NCBI GenBank assembly: GCA_022711495.1
Contig: JAKLEX010000001.1
Location: 370,171-434,170, forward strand
From: Patescibacteria group bacterium
GTDB taxonomy: Bacteria; Patescibacteriota; Minisyncoccia; Phycocordibacterales; JAACPR01
Length of the DNA stretch: 64,000 nt
Direction of reading: 5' to 3'
Part shown: one piece after another, positions 19,338-29,296 of the stretch
Numbering within the stretch: the first letter of the stretch is position 1
Layout: every line of letters starts with the position of its first letter
Made by a program: the position numbers and the translations under genes
The notes under the pieces: generated by a model
Databases searched by the model: none
The model's input: only the letters and a program-made list of their open reading frames with translations
What the model was told of the DNA's origin: nothing

Positions 19338-20747
19338 ATGAAAATATATCTGCAAAATAATTTAACTGGTAAAAAAGAGGTTTTTAAACCGGTTCATAGA
19401 CATTTTTTTAGAAAAAATGAGGTGCGAATGTACAACTGCGGACCAACGGTTTATTCACAAAGTCATATTGGTCACGCTCGCCCTTATGTTTTTGCTGATC
19501 TATTACACAGACTATTCAGATACGCTGGTTATCTAGTAACTCAAGTCGTAAATATTACCGATGTTGGACACCTCGTCTCCGATGCTGATAGCGGAGAAGA
19601 TAAGGTAGAAAAAGCCGCTAAGGAAACCGGGCAAAAAGCCAAGGAGATTACTGAAAAATACACTTCCCTATTCTTTGATGACTTGAAGGAGTTAAACATA
19701 GATATCTCAAAAATTATTTTTCCGCGCGCCACGGAAAATATCGCCGAACAGATTCAGATGGTTCAAGAGTTAGAGAAAAAAGGTTTTACTTACAAAACTT
19801 CCGATGGAATTTATTACGATACGACAAAATTTTCCGACTATGGAAAATTGGGCAAAGTTAATATCGTCGGTCTTAAAGAAGGTGCTAGGGTAGAGATTAA
19901 CGACGAAAAGAAAAATCCTAGTGATTTTGCTCTTTGGAAATTTTCTAAACCAGGTGAAAAGCGTGAGCAAGAATGGGATTCACCATGGGGCATCGGTTTT
20001 CCGGGTTGGCATATAGAATGTTCGGCCATGTCAAAGAAATATCTGGGGCAGCCGTTTGATATTCACACCGGCGGAATTGATCACGTTCAAATTCATCACA
20101 ACAACGAGATCGCTCAATCCGAAGGGGCTTACGGTAAAGCACAGGCCAATTATTGGTTGCACTGCGGATTTATTTTAATTAATGGGCAAAAAATTTCAAA
20201 GTCACTAAACAACGCCATTTATTTGAGCGATCTGAAAAAAATAGGCATGAGTGCTTTGTCATACCGATACTGGCTTTTGACTTCGCATTATTCAACTCTG
20301 GTTAATTTTACCGAAGAGGCTTTGAGATCAGCAGATACGGCCTTTAGAAGATTAATAAGTAAATTTACTGGGGCTCAGAAAGGAAAAATCAATAGAGATT
20401 ACTTAGCTAAAATTGTAGAAAAAATCGGCGACGATTTAAATACGCCAGAAGCGATCGCAATTATTTGGAGCATGATTAAAGATGAAAACATCACGAGAGA
20501 AGACGCGTATGCAACTCTTTTGGAGGCCGACAAGATTCTTGGCCTAGATATTGAAAATACCATAAAAGGAATTCGAGAGGCGTCATTTAGACAGATTCCG
20601 AGAGAAATATTAGATTTGGGGGTAAAATATAACGAAGCAAAGCGCCGTAAAGACTACAATTCTTCTGACAAAATTAGACAAAACATCATCGATAAGGGTT
20701 ATAGAATATCTGATTATAAGGATGGGTACAGAATAGAAAAGATATAG
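19338..20747 (+). CDS. cysS: Cysteinyl-tRNA synthetase
   Basis: MYNCGPTVYSQSHIGHAR (HIGH) and KISKS (KMSKS-type). Zinc-binding Cys/His positions of CysRS are present. Confidence 0.9.
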   Translation: MKIYLQNNLTGKKEVFKPVHRHFFRKNEVRMYNCGPTVYSQSHIGHARPYVFADLLHRLFRYAGYLVTQVVNITDVGHLVSDADSGEDKVEKAAKETGQKAKEITEKYTSLFFDDLKELNIDISKIIFPRATENIAEQIQMVQELEKKGFTYKTSDGIYYDTTKFSDYGKLGKVNIVGLKEGARVEINDEKKNPSDFALWKFSKPGEKREQEWDSPWGIGFPGWHIECSAMSKKYLGQPFDIHTGGIDHVQIHHNNEIAQSEGAYGKAQANYWLHCGFILINGQKISKSLNNAIYLSDLKKIGMSALSYRYWLLTSHYSTLVNFTEEALRSADTAFRRLISKFTGAQKGKINRDYLAKIVEKIGDDLNTPEAIAIIWSMIKDENITREDAYATLLEADKILGLDIENTIKGIREASFRQIPREILDLGVKYNEAKRRKDYNSSDKIRQNIIDKGYRISDYKDGYRIEKI

Positions 20748-20839
20748 TCTATTATTAGTCGCTTTCTCCACAAAATGTTCACCTCTCCCACAGGTCTCCG
20801 AATCTTTTTTACTGTTTTTTATGATAACCTTATACTTAC

Positions 20840-22207
20840 ATGGCAACAAACAAACTAAGAATTCCTCCCCAAAGCGTTGAAAGCGAGATGGCTCTGCTGG
20901 GTTCTGTTATGTTACGTCCAGAATCAATTAATGAAGTTTTGGACATCATTCATCCGGAATCTTTTTATTCCGATCGGCACCGAAAGATTTTTGAAACGAT
21001 GATAGAACTTCTATCAAAATCAACTCCCATTGACCTGGTTTCCCTATCAAGCCGGCTCAAAGAAAAAAAAGTATTAGACCAGGTCGGCGGAAAAAGTTAT
21101 CTTTCCGAAATAATTGAATCGGTCCCCTCTTCGGCCAACATCGTCCACTACGCCAATATTGTCGCCAAAAAAGCCACGGCTCGAAATTTAATCAACGCCG
21201 CCGAAGAAATCGGGGCCATGAGTTATGACGAAATTCATGAACTTGACGTCTTGCTTGATGAAGCCGAAAAAAGAATCTTCAAGGTTACCAATAAGACCAG
21301 CAAGAAAAGTTTCATAGAACTGAAAGACACTCTCGGCGACGCCTGGGAAAGAATTGATAAGTTGCACAAAACAAAAGATTCTCTGCGAGGAGTTCCAACG
21401 GGATTTAAATGTTTGGATACAAAATTAGCCGGATTCCAAAAATCAGATTTAGTAATTTTAGCCGCCAGACCTTCAATGGGGAAAACTTCATTGGCTCTAG
21501 ATATCGCCAGACACGCGGCGGTGGAATATAAGGTCCCAACCCTGATTTTCTCTCTAGAAATGAGCGCCCAGCAATTAATTGACAGAATGTTGGCGGCTCA
21601 AGCGCAAGTTGACGCTTGGAAATTAAGAACCGGAAAATTGACCAACGAAGAGGACTTTAACCGAATTCGCGATTCTCTAGACGTCTTGTCTAACGCGCCG
21701 ATTTTTGTTGACGACAAGCCAGGAAATAACGCTCTGTCTATGCGTTCAACTGCGCGCCGCTTAAAAAGCGAAAAAGAACTTGGTCTTATAATCGTGGATT
21801 ATTTGCAGTTGATGACTCCGACTAATCTAAAAAGTTCTGAAAATATGGTTCAGCAAGTTACGGAAATATCTCGTTCATTAAAGAGCTTGGCACGAGAACT
21901 AGATATCCCTGTTATTGCCCTTTCTCAACTATCAAGAGCCGTGGAACAGCGTGGTGGCAAACCAAGACTTTCCGACTTGCGAGATTCCGGCTCAATTGAA
22001 CAGGATGCTGATGTGGTTATGTTCATCCACCGTGACGACAAGTATCATGAAAATTCCGATAAACCAAATATTGCCGAAATTTTGATAGAGAAACACCGAA
22101 ATGGCCCGACCGGCCGAGTGGAATTATATTTTGACGAGAAAAAATCAACCTTTATTGAGATTGACGCGGCCGATCACGGCCAGATGCCTGACTTGGATGA
22201 CAATTAA
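20840..22207 (+). CDS. dnaB: Replicative DNA helicase DnaB
   Basis: N-terminal DnaB domain (PPQSVESEMALLGSVML) and a RecA-like Walker A (ARPSMGKTSLAL). Length 455 aa. Confidence 0.9.
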   Translation: MATNKLRIPPQSVESEMALLGSVMLRPESINEVLDIIHPESFYSDRHRKIFETMIELLSKSTPIDLVSLSSRLKEKKVLDQVGGKSYLSEIIESVPSSANIVHYANIVAKKATARNLINAAEEIGAMSYDEIHELDVLLDEAEKRIFKVTNKTSKKSFIELKDTLGDAWERIDKLHKTKDSLRGVPTGFKCLDTKLAGFQKSDLVILAARPSMGKTSLALDIARHAAVEYKVPTLIFSLEMSAQQLIDRMLAAQAQVDAWKLRTGKLTNEEDFNRIRDSLDVLSNAPIFVDDKPGNNALSMRSTARRLKSEKELGLIIVDYLQLMTPTNLKSSENMVQQVTEISRSLKSLARELDIPVIALSQLSRAVEQRGGKPRLSDLRDSGSIEQDADVVMFIHRDDKYHENSDKPNIAEILIEKHRNGPTGRVELYFDEKKSTFIEIDAADHGQMPDLDDN

Positions 22208-22210
22208 TTT

Positions 22211-22831
22211 ATGAACATTATAGAAGATCTGATAGAGATTTTTAGAAAGTTTCCCGGCGTTGGTCCGCGACAAGCCGAAAGGTTTGTGTATTATCTGCTT
22301 AGGCAGAAAAAAGATTATCTTAAAAAGATTTCGTCGCTTCTTCCCCATCTGAATGAAAAAATACAAACCTGCCGATTATGCCAACGTTTTTATCTGTCAG
22401 AAAACGCAAAAAATGACCTTTGCGATATCTGTCTTGACGGAAACCGCGATTCTAAAATACTGATGATCGTCGGACAGGATGTTGACCTGCAAGCAATTGA
22501 ACGAAGCCGCAATTTCAATGGCAGATATTTTGTTCTTGGCGGATTGGTACCGGTTTTGGAAAAAAACGTGGAAAATAGGATCCGTTTAGCTGAACTCAAA
22601 AAAAGTCTTGAGGGGAGAAATAAAAAAGATAATCTGCAAGAAATAATACTGGCTTTAGACGCCAACCCAGAGGGAGAAAACACAACAAGCATCATCAAAA
22701 AAGAAATAGAAAAATTTACCGAGAAAAATAATATAAAAATTTCAGTACTAGGGCGCGGATTGTCCACCGGAACAGAACTGGAGTATTCCGATTCGGAGAC
22801 GATAAAAAACGCTCTTAAAAATAGATTTTAA
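22211..22831 (+). CDS. recR: Recombination protein RecR
   Basis: HhH N-terminus (FPGVGPRQAERF), C4 zinc finger (CRLCQ...CDIC) and a Toprim domain. Confidence 0.9.
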   Translation: MNIIEDLIEIFRKFPGVGPRQAERFVYYLLRQKKDYLKKISSLLPHLNEKIQTCRLCQRFYLSENAKNDLCDICLDGNRDSKILMIVGQDVDLQAIERSRNFNGRYFVLGGLVPVLEKNVENRIRLAELKKSLEGRNKKDNLQEIILALDANPEGENTTSIIKKEIEKFTEKNNIKISVLGRGLSTGTELEYSDSETIKNALKNRF

Positions 22832-22834
22832 TAC

Positions 22835-25800
22835 TCAATACCCCACATTAATCGTAGTTTTGAACGTCTGAACAACTGGACTGCCGACATAATTAGGCCC
22901 AGTGTGTTCCAGTCTAAGAATAATTTCAACTTGTCCCCTGTCGCTGCCAACCGGAGTTAGATTTCTAAAACTGGCGTATTGGACTTGAACATCTCTGGAG
23001 GTCAAACGTCTAGGTTCACCGTTCCCTTCCTGAATATACAAAACCCCACCTTCAACATAGAAAACGGTCTCAACGTCATCTTTAACAAAGGTAATCGTAG
23101 ATATACCCACCTGGGACAAAACGGTTGAGCCCCAGACAGACAAAGGATCTCTCAAAAAAGTAGTTTCGTGTTCATCTGCCAAAACAACGCTAGAAGTTCC
23201 GTCTAGTCCAAGTTTTATTGTCTTTCCGACAGAATCATATTCTCCCATTTCTTCCTGAAGAGAATATTCCGGATATACGCAAAGAACTTGGCCTTCTGGA
23301 ATCTCAACGGAATCTGAAAATTCAGCTGTACCACTAGCGTCATCAAGATCAACGGCCACGCCAAAAGGACTATCTTCGTCAAAACTTTCAACTTCAGCGG
23401 AGCTTTCTGGGCAAACAGACGAAGATGTTCCTGTCTCTAATACATAGTTCAGTTGAACATCATCAATATATTCTGGTTCTAGAGTTCCGAATTGTGTGAG
23501 AGTTATTTCTTCAATTGTGTCAGTTCCAGATTCTTTATAAAAGACAAAGGCACCATCAAGAGCAACATCAGCGTCCCCCGGATCAATTGCCGTCACGTGA
23601 CGACCGACGGTGGTGGCAATTAGGTTGCCTGTAGAAATTGAAGTTATGTCCCAGTTTATGTTATTGCCACTATCAAGACCGGTCGTCTCAATTACCAAGA
23701 CGTTAATGTTATTAGAATCCTGAACATCAACATAAGTTATGGCTCGAACACCTTGTGGGTCAATACTCCATTGTGTATCGGGAGTTGAAGATCTTAACAT
23801 CAGTAAATTAGATTCGTCAGAGCCAGACATGGTGGTGGTGCCAGCAACAGTGTATGTGCTTCCAGCGGTAAATGTCGCGGTCGTTGGTGTAGTTGTGGCT
23901 ATAATATTTAGATTTTGATAGGACCACGCCGGATTGATTGTCAGGGTATCCGAACCGCTGTATTCAACAGTAGAGCCGGTGTTCATGGTAACTGAACCAG
24001 TGACAGTTTCGGCACCGGTGAGACGTAGAGTGCCGCCGGATTGTGAAAAGCCACCATTGAACGTCGCGTTGACGCCGTTTAAGTCAACAACGCCAGTAGA
24101 AAGATTTAGGCCGTAACCGGCGAGGGCCTTTAGCCATGTGACCGTCCCGGAACCAGTCAGAGTTATGGTGGCCGATTCATTATTAAGGGTGGTCTTTGGC
24201 ATGTAGGCTCCAGCGGCAATATTTACACTTTGAGCTTCACCTCCATCAATGAGGAAACCAATTTTATAATAAGTGGTATTTACCCCATCAAATGTTGAGT
24301 TGACGACAACCGGACCTTCGGCGTTGAAAGTCGCGTCACCGGCACTAATTTTATAAAATCTCCCATTAGTTAGGGTCGTCGTGGCATTAACAATAAAGGG
24401 ATAGTTGTTCGCTAATGTTAATTGGACGTTGTTATCTTTATTAAACTCAAATTCATAAAACTCCACCGTGTCATCAGTGGTGAATGCCGCATTGGTGGCC
24501 CCGCTGATTATGACTTTCCCGTTGTTATGATCAAAAAAACCATCATCAGAAACAATGAGGCTGCCAGTGAGAGTCAGCAGATCTGATGGCGCTAAAAATG
24601 TCCCGCTTGAAATAGTGAGACTATTTAACGATTCATTGGGTGCGGTGGAATTTGTGAAAGAGCCGCCGGTAATTTCAAATGTTCCTCCGGCCCTGATCGT
24701 ACCGGAACCGCCAATAAAGGTCCCACCACTCTGCGAAAATCCGCCTGTAAAGACGGCATTTACACCATTTAGGTCAACCGTTCCATTTTGAATATATAGA
24801 CCGTAGCCTGTTGCTCCTGGCCATGTAGTAGTTCCGGAACCAGTTAGGGTTATGGTGGTTAACTCATTATTAAGCGTAGTTCTTGGCATATAGGCTCCAG
24901 CAGGCAAATTAAAACTCTGATCTACTTCCCCATCAATTAGAAAATTAACTCTATAATAAGATGTATTTACCCCATCAAATGTTGAGTTGACGACAACCGG
25001 ACCTTCGGCGTTGAAAGTCGCGTCACCGGCACTAATTTTATAAAATCTCCCATTAGTTAGGGTCGTCGTGGCATTAACAATAAAGGGATAGTTGTTCGCT
25101 AATGTTAATTGGACGTTGTTATCTTTATTAAACTCAAATTCATAAAACTCCACCGTGTCATCAGTGGTGAATGCCGCATTGGTGGCCCCGCTGATTATGA
25201 CTTTCCCGTTGTTATGATCAAAAAAACCATCATCAGAAACAATGAGGCTGCCAGTGAGAGTCAGCAGATCTGATGGCGCTAAAAATGTCCCGCTTGAAAT
25301 AGTGAGACTATTTAACGATTCATTGGGTGCGGTGGAATTTGTGAAAGAGCCGCCGGTAATTTCAAATGTTCCTCCGGCCCTGATCGTACCGGAACCGCCA
25401 ATAAAGGTCCCACCACTCTGCGAAAATCCGCCTGTAAAGACGGCATTTACACCATTTAGGTCAACCGTTCCATTTTGAATATATAGACCGTAGCCTGTTG
25501 CTCCTGGCCATGTAGTAGTTCCGGAACCAGTTAGGGTTATGGTGGTTAACTCATTATTAAGCGTAGTTCTTGGCATATAGGCTCCAGCAGGCAAATTAAA
25601 ACTCTGATCTACTTCCCCATCAATGAGGAAGTTAACGGCCGGAAAGTTTGATCTAACCCCATCAAATGTTGAGTTGACTACTATGGGACCCTCGGCCTTA
25701 ACAGTAGACATTGATCCGCTACTGTGAAATCGACCATCGGTTAATGTGGTTGTTGCTTTAACAGTGAAGAGATCTCCAGTGGCCAACACTAAATACGCCC

Positions 25801-26272
25801 CATTGGTCTTACTAAACTCAAACTCATAGAAATCTACACCGGCAGGTGGGGCATCAAAAGTCGCGCTACCACCGCTGGCGATAATTTTACCGCTATTATG
25901 GTCGAAAGCATCTTCTTCAACAATTGTAAAATTTCCGGAAATAGTCAGGGTATTCCCTGTCCCCGGAGCCGTGAACGTCCCTGTATATCCGGCCTGCATT
26001 GTCAGAGAGGCAATAGACCAGCTACCAGTAGAAGTGGCATCATTGGTACAAGACGAGGTGAAATAAACGGCATCGCTAGCACCCGGAACAGATGCGCCAC
26101 CGCTAACGCCGCAATCATTTGCCGCTGTTGACCAGTTAGCCGAATCCAAGACATCACCACCATCAGAGCCAACCCAGTAACGACTGGCCGCCTGACCAGT
26201 TTTGGCAAAAGCAAAAAGAAAAAGCGCGACCACTAGAAACTTAAATAGTTTTCTAAAGTTCATTATAAACAA
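22835..26272 (-). CDS. Large secreted repeat-containing surface protein (1145 aa; Thr/Gly/Asn-rich, likely beta-solenoid/adhesin-like)
   Basis: N-terminal signal peptide (MFIMNFRKLFKFLVVALFLFAFAKTGQAAS). About 3.5 copies of a ~229-aa repeat, two of them identical. Composition is typical of beta-helix adhesins. No LPXTG motif was seen. Confidence 0.7.
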   Translation of the reverse strand: MFIMNFRKLFKFLVVALFLFAFAKTGQAASRYWVGSDGGDVLDSANWSTAANDCGVSGGASVPGASDAVYFTSSCTNDATSTGSWSIASLTMQAGYTGTFTAPGTGNTLTISGNFTIVEEDAFDHNSGKIIASGGSATFDAPPAGVDFYEFEFSKTNGAYLVLATGDLFTVKATTTLTDGRFHSSGSMSTVKAEGPIVVNSTFDGVRSNFPAVNFLIDGEVDQSFNLPAGAYMPRTTLNNELTTITLTGSGTTTWPGATGYGLYIQNGTVDLNGVNAVFTGGFSQSGGTFIGGSGTIRAGGTFEITGGSFTNSTAPNESLNSLTISSGTFLAPSDLLTLTGSLIVSDDGFFDHNNGKVIISGATNAAFTTDDTVEFYEFEFNKDNNVQLTLANNYPFIVNATTTLTNGRFYKISAGDATFNAEGPVVVNSTFDGVNTSYYRVNFLIDGEVDQSFNLPAGAYMPRTTLNNELTTITLTGSGTTTWPGATGYGLYIQNGTVDLNGVNAVFTGGFSQSGGTFIGGSGTIRAGGTFEITGGSFTNSTAPNESLNSLTISSGTFLAPSDLLTLTGSLIVSDDGFFDHNNGKVIISGATNAAFTTDDTVEFYEFEFNKDNNVQLTLANNYPFIVNATTTLTNGRFYKISAGDATFNAEGPVVVNSTFDGVNTTYYKIGFLIDGGEAQSVNIAAGAYMPKTTLNNESATITLTGSGTVTWLKALAGYGLNLSTGVVDLNGVNATFNGGFSQSGGTLRLTGAETVTGSVTMNTGSTVEYSGSDTLTINPAWSYQNLNIIATTTPTTATFTAGSTYTVAGTTTMSGSDESNLLMLRSSTPDTQWSIDPQGVRAITYVDVQDSNNINVLVIETTGLDSGNNINWDITSISTGNLIATTVGRHVTAIDPGDADVALDGAFVFYKESGTDTIEEITLTQFGTLEPEYIDDVQLNYVLETGTSSSVCPESSAEVESFDEDSPFGVAVDLDDASGTAEFSDSVEIPEGQVLCVYPEYSLQEEMGEYDSVGKTIKLGLDGTSSVVLADEHETTFLRDPLSVWGSTVLSQVGISTITFVKDDVETVFYVEGGVLYIQEGNGEPRRLTSRDVQVQYASFRNLTPVGSDRGQVEIILRLEHTGPNYVGSPVVQTFKTTINVGY
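24278..25624. repeat. Perfect tandem duplication inside the surface-protein gene: two ~660 bp copies with 687 bp period (229 codons)
   Basis: Nucleotide stretches starting near 24283 and 24970 are identical for about 660 bp. The two identical antisense ORF-track entries 24555..24791 and 25242..25478 are offset by exactly 687 nt. Boundaries are approximate. Confidence 0.85.
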
Positions 26273-26333
26273 ATTATACCAAAATATTGGCTCGAAAAAA
26301 CCGGCATTTCGCCGGTTCTGGGGATTGGATTTA

Positions 26334-26747
26334 TTAGGAGATCTTTAAGATTTTAACCTTAGTGAAGGGCTGACGATGGCCATTTTTCTTAAAATATCGA
26401 CTTTTGGCTTTGTAGTGAATGACGGTGATTTTTTTGTCTCTACCGTTTTCAAGAATTTCAGCGGAGACGCTGTTTTTCAGGATTGGCGCACCGATCTCAA
26501 CTTTATCGCCGTCAGCGGTTAATAAAACTTCATCAAAAGAAACTTTGCCGGCTTTAACCAACTTGTCAGAGATTTTTTCAACTTTGATTATATCTCCCTC
26601 ACGAACAAAATATTGTTTAGCGCCGGTTTGAATAACGGCCGATTTATTAGGCGACGCCTCCATTGCAGATGGAGATTTTTTCGCTACCTTGACTGATTTA
26701 TTGGCTTTTGCGGTTGTTTGAGGTTTTGTTTCCATGTAGACAGACAT
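26334..26747 (-). CDS. rplU: 50S ribosomal protein L21 (with Lys-rich N-terminal extension, or a later start)
   Basis: Core IQTGAKQYFVREGDIIKVEKI...ILKNSVSAEILENGRDKKITVIHYKAKSRYFKKNGHRQPFTKVKI matches the L21 signature. The first ~30 aa are basic and low-complexity. Confidence 0.8.
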   Translation of the reverse strand: MSVYMETKPQTTAKANKSVKVAKKSPSAMEASPNKSAVIQTGAKQYFVREGDIIKVEKISDKLVKAGKVSFDEVLLTADGDKVEIGAPILKNSVSAEILENGRDKKITVIHYKAKSRYFKKNGHRQPFTKVKILKIS

Positions 26748-26809
26748 ATTACACGGAACTTTCTAGTTTAGCAAGACCCCCAAGATAGGCCCCCTTATCC
26801 ATTTTATCC

Positions 26810-27898
26810 TTATTCAATATCTGGTCCGGCAATCTCTAACGGTTCTATTTTACCGCCTCTGGCGGCAATCCGGACGACATCTTTGTCAATCTTTTTAAAT
26901 TCTTTATAAGCGCCGTTGTAAGTGTTGACCGTCGTGTCCAAGTGCCCGCCTAGTTTCTTCAAAAAACTGTCGTAACTTGTGATGTGTTTCGCTAGAGACT
27001 CAACATTTTTGCGAATCTCCTTGGCTGATTCTTCAATCTGCATAGCGCGCAATCCCTGCAGAACAGTTTGCAGATAAGCCAAAAAACTGGTCGGAGAAAC
27101 GATGATGACGTGCTTTTCTTTAAAAGCGTATTCAATCAAATCGCGAGTGGCGACTTTTGTCGTGCCAACTTTATTAACCAAGAGATCATAATAAATGGCT
27201 TCCGATGGAATAAACATGAAAGCGAAATCCATTGTGCCTTCCGTCGGTCGGATATATTTAGCCGTTTCATCAATCCGACGCTTTAAATCTTCCTTAAAGA
27301 CCTTTTCAAACTGCTCCCGGACATTAGCATCGCGAGTTTCAAGAATTTTCTGATAATTTTCCAGAGAAAATTTTGAGTCAATCGGGACAATCTTGTCTTT
27401 AACAAAAACAACCGCGTCAACATTTTCGCCGTTTTTGAATCTATATTGCATTTCATACATTCCCGGACCCAAAACATTTTTTAAAGTCTCCTCCAAAAAA
27501 TATTCGCCCAGAATTCCCCGCTGTTTCGGATTGGTCAAAGTGTCCTGTAATTGCTTAAGTTGATCGGAAAAACTTAAAACTTGTTTATTAGTTTCATCTA
27601 GTCGCGTTAATTTTTCCGTCATCTCTCGAATAATCTTTTTTGATTCTTCATTGACGTTGCCAATAGTTTTTTGCGATTCAGTAGATTGAAATTTTATTGA
27701 TTCCAGCATCTCCTTGCGGGACTCGCCCAATTTTTGATCAACCGTCCGACCCAAATCGTTCAGGTGTTGTAAGAGCAAATTAAGGCTGACTTCATTAGTA
27801 GTTTTTTTTCTATTTAAGATTATCAAAATTAAAAGAACAATAGCCGTGATACTGACAACGGCTAGAAATATTACTAAAACTAGCAAGATAGATTCCAT
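26810..27898 (-). CDS. rmuC: DNA recombination protein RmuC family
   Basis: N-terminal TM helix, long coiled coil, and a C-terminal RmuC nuclease-like region (FAFMFIPSEAIYYDLL). Confidence 0.75.
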   Translation of the reverse strand: MESILLVLVIFLAVVSITAIVLLILIILNRKKTTNEVSLNLLLQHLNDLGRTVDQKLGESRKEMLESIKFQSTESQKTIGNVNEESKKIIREMTEKLTRLDETNKQVLSFSDQLKQLQDTLTNPKQRGILGEYFLEETLKNVLGPGMYEMQYRFKNGENVDAVVFVKDKIVPIDSKFSLENYQKILETRDANVREQFEKVFKEDLKRRIDETAKYIRPTEGTMDFAFMFIPSEAIYYDLLVNKVGTTKVATRDLIEYAFKEKHVIIVSPTSFLAYLQTVLQGLRAMQIEESAKEIRKNVESLAKHITSYDSFLKKLGGHLDTTVNTYNGAYKEFKKIDKDVVRIAARGGKIEPLEIAGPDIE

Positions 27899-27943
27899 CG
27901 GGCTTTATTATAACATGGCAGATGTGCTAAAATAGCTCTTATT

Positions 27944-28396
27944 ATGACGATTCAAGAAAATATCAAAGAGGGCGTAAAAAGCGCCATGAAAGCGCGCGAC
28001 GAGATAAGATTATTGGCTTTAAGGGGCTTATCGGCAGCATTTGTCAATGAGCTAGTCGCCCTAAGGAGAAAGCCGACTGAATTATTGGCCGACCAAGAGG
28101 CCCTGACGGTTATTATGCGCGCGGCAAAACAGCGAAAGGACTCTATTGAGCAATTTGAAAAAGGCGGGCGACAAGATCTAGTTGATAAAGAAAGGGCCGA
28201 ATTAAAAGTTATTGAAGAATTTCTGCCAAAACTGATGACTGAAGAGGAAATCAAAAAATTTGTTCTGGCCAAAAAAGAAGAGCTAAAAATCACCAGCAAA
28301 GAACAACTGGGGAAATTTATGGGTGCGGTGATGGCCGGTTTGAAAGGAAAAGCCGATGGTGCTTTAGTCAAAAAGATTGTTGAAGAAGCCTTATAA
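27944..28396 (+). CDS. GatB/YqeY domain protein
   Basis: EIRLLALRGLSAAF...LVDKERAELKVIEEFLP...GKFMGAVMAGLKGKADG is the typical YqeY pattern. Confidence 0.8.
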   Translation: MTIQENIKEGVKSAMKARDEIRLLALRGLSAAFVNELVALRRKPTELLADQEALTVIMRAAKQRKDSIEQFEKGGRQDLVDKERAELKVIEEFLPKLMTEEEIKKFVLAKKEELKITSKEQLGKFMGAVMAGLKGKADGALVKKIVEEAL

Positions 28397-28401
28397 GATA
28401 G

Positions 28402-29244
28402 CTACTTCAATTTTTTCAACTCTAGACACATAAATAGTGGAAACTCCCTTCTGGCGGAATCTTCGGCTCTTGATCTTTGCCCTGGTTCGCTTTTTTTATG
28501 AGAAATCCATTCTTCTATTTTAGAAATAACCAGTGAATTTTTAGCGAAAATTTTGGAATAATCTTGGAGGGAACGATGGAATGACCAGGTCATTTTATTT
28601 TCAGAAGATCTCACCGGCGATTTCTCGTCAAATCTTCTGGCAGTCTGCCCCGGATTCATATTTATGGGAATTTCAACTTGGCTTAGATAAAGGTCAACTT
28701 TTCTGGATTGAATTTTCTTTTTGTCGTCGTAGATCCAGTCGCTGTGTTGCGGAATACGAAAGGCCGGATGATTTAAGACGATATAAATCCGACCGGTTTC
28801 TTTTAATAATCTAGATAAATTTCTGGCTACCGCCGGAAGATTCTTGATATTCTGCAAGGCCAGAATAACCGTAATAACGTCAAAGGTCTTTCCGAGCAAA
28901 ATTGTCTCGTCGCCAGCCGACGCGACGAGGTAATTAATTTGAGAGTTTTTTCTCTTAGCCAAAGCTATCAATTCCCCGCTTACGTCCACGCCAGTAAGAT
29001 TTTTAGAAAAGGTAGAAAGTTTTTCAAGGAAAAAACCTTGGCCACAACCTAGTTCCAGCAACGATTCGTCTGGTTTTAAATTAATCAGACGTAGTAAATT
29101 CGGCATGATAACTTTAGCGTGATAGGTGTCGGCCTCGCTTAAGTGTTGATCATACCAATCCGCAACGTTACCCCAGCTTGTTTTTTGGCTTGAGTTTCTA
29201 TTTCGCTCTGTTCTACCCCAGTTCTTTCTTCCTTTTTTGTCCAT
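28402..29244 (-). CDS. Class I SAM-dependent methyltransferase with basic N-terminal tail
   Basis: Motif I LELGCGQGFF and a following acidic motif (TGVDVS). Substrate unknown. Confidence 0.7.
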   Translation of the reverse strand: MDKKGRKNWGRTERNRNSSQKTSWGNVADWYDQHLSEADTYHAKVIMPNLLRLINLKPDESLLELGCGQGFFLEKLSTFSKNLTGVDVSGELIALAKRKNSQINYLVASAGDETILLGKTFDVITVILALQNIKNLPAVARNLSRLLKETGRIYIVLNHPAFRIPQHSDWIYDDKKKIQSRKVDLYLSQVEIPINMNPGQTARRFDEKSPVRSSENKMTWSFHRSLQDYSKIFAKNSLVISKIEEWISHKKSEPGQRSRAEDSARREFPLFMCLELKKLK

Positions 29245-29296
29245 AAATCAGATATTAACATAACTATAATTTTGTCGTAATATTGGAGCTACTTGT

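Noticed and set aside
24555-25478. Two identical 78-aa plus-strand ORFs (24555..24791 and 25242..25478)
   Set aside because: They are antisense to the giant surface-protein gene. They are identical only because they fall in the two copies of the 687-bp tandem repeat, so they are not independent genes.
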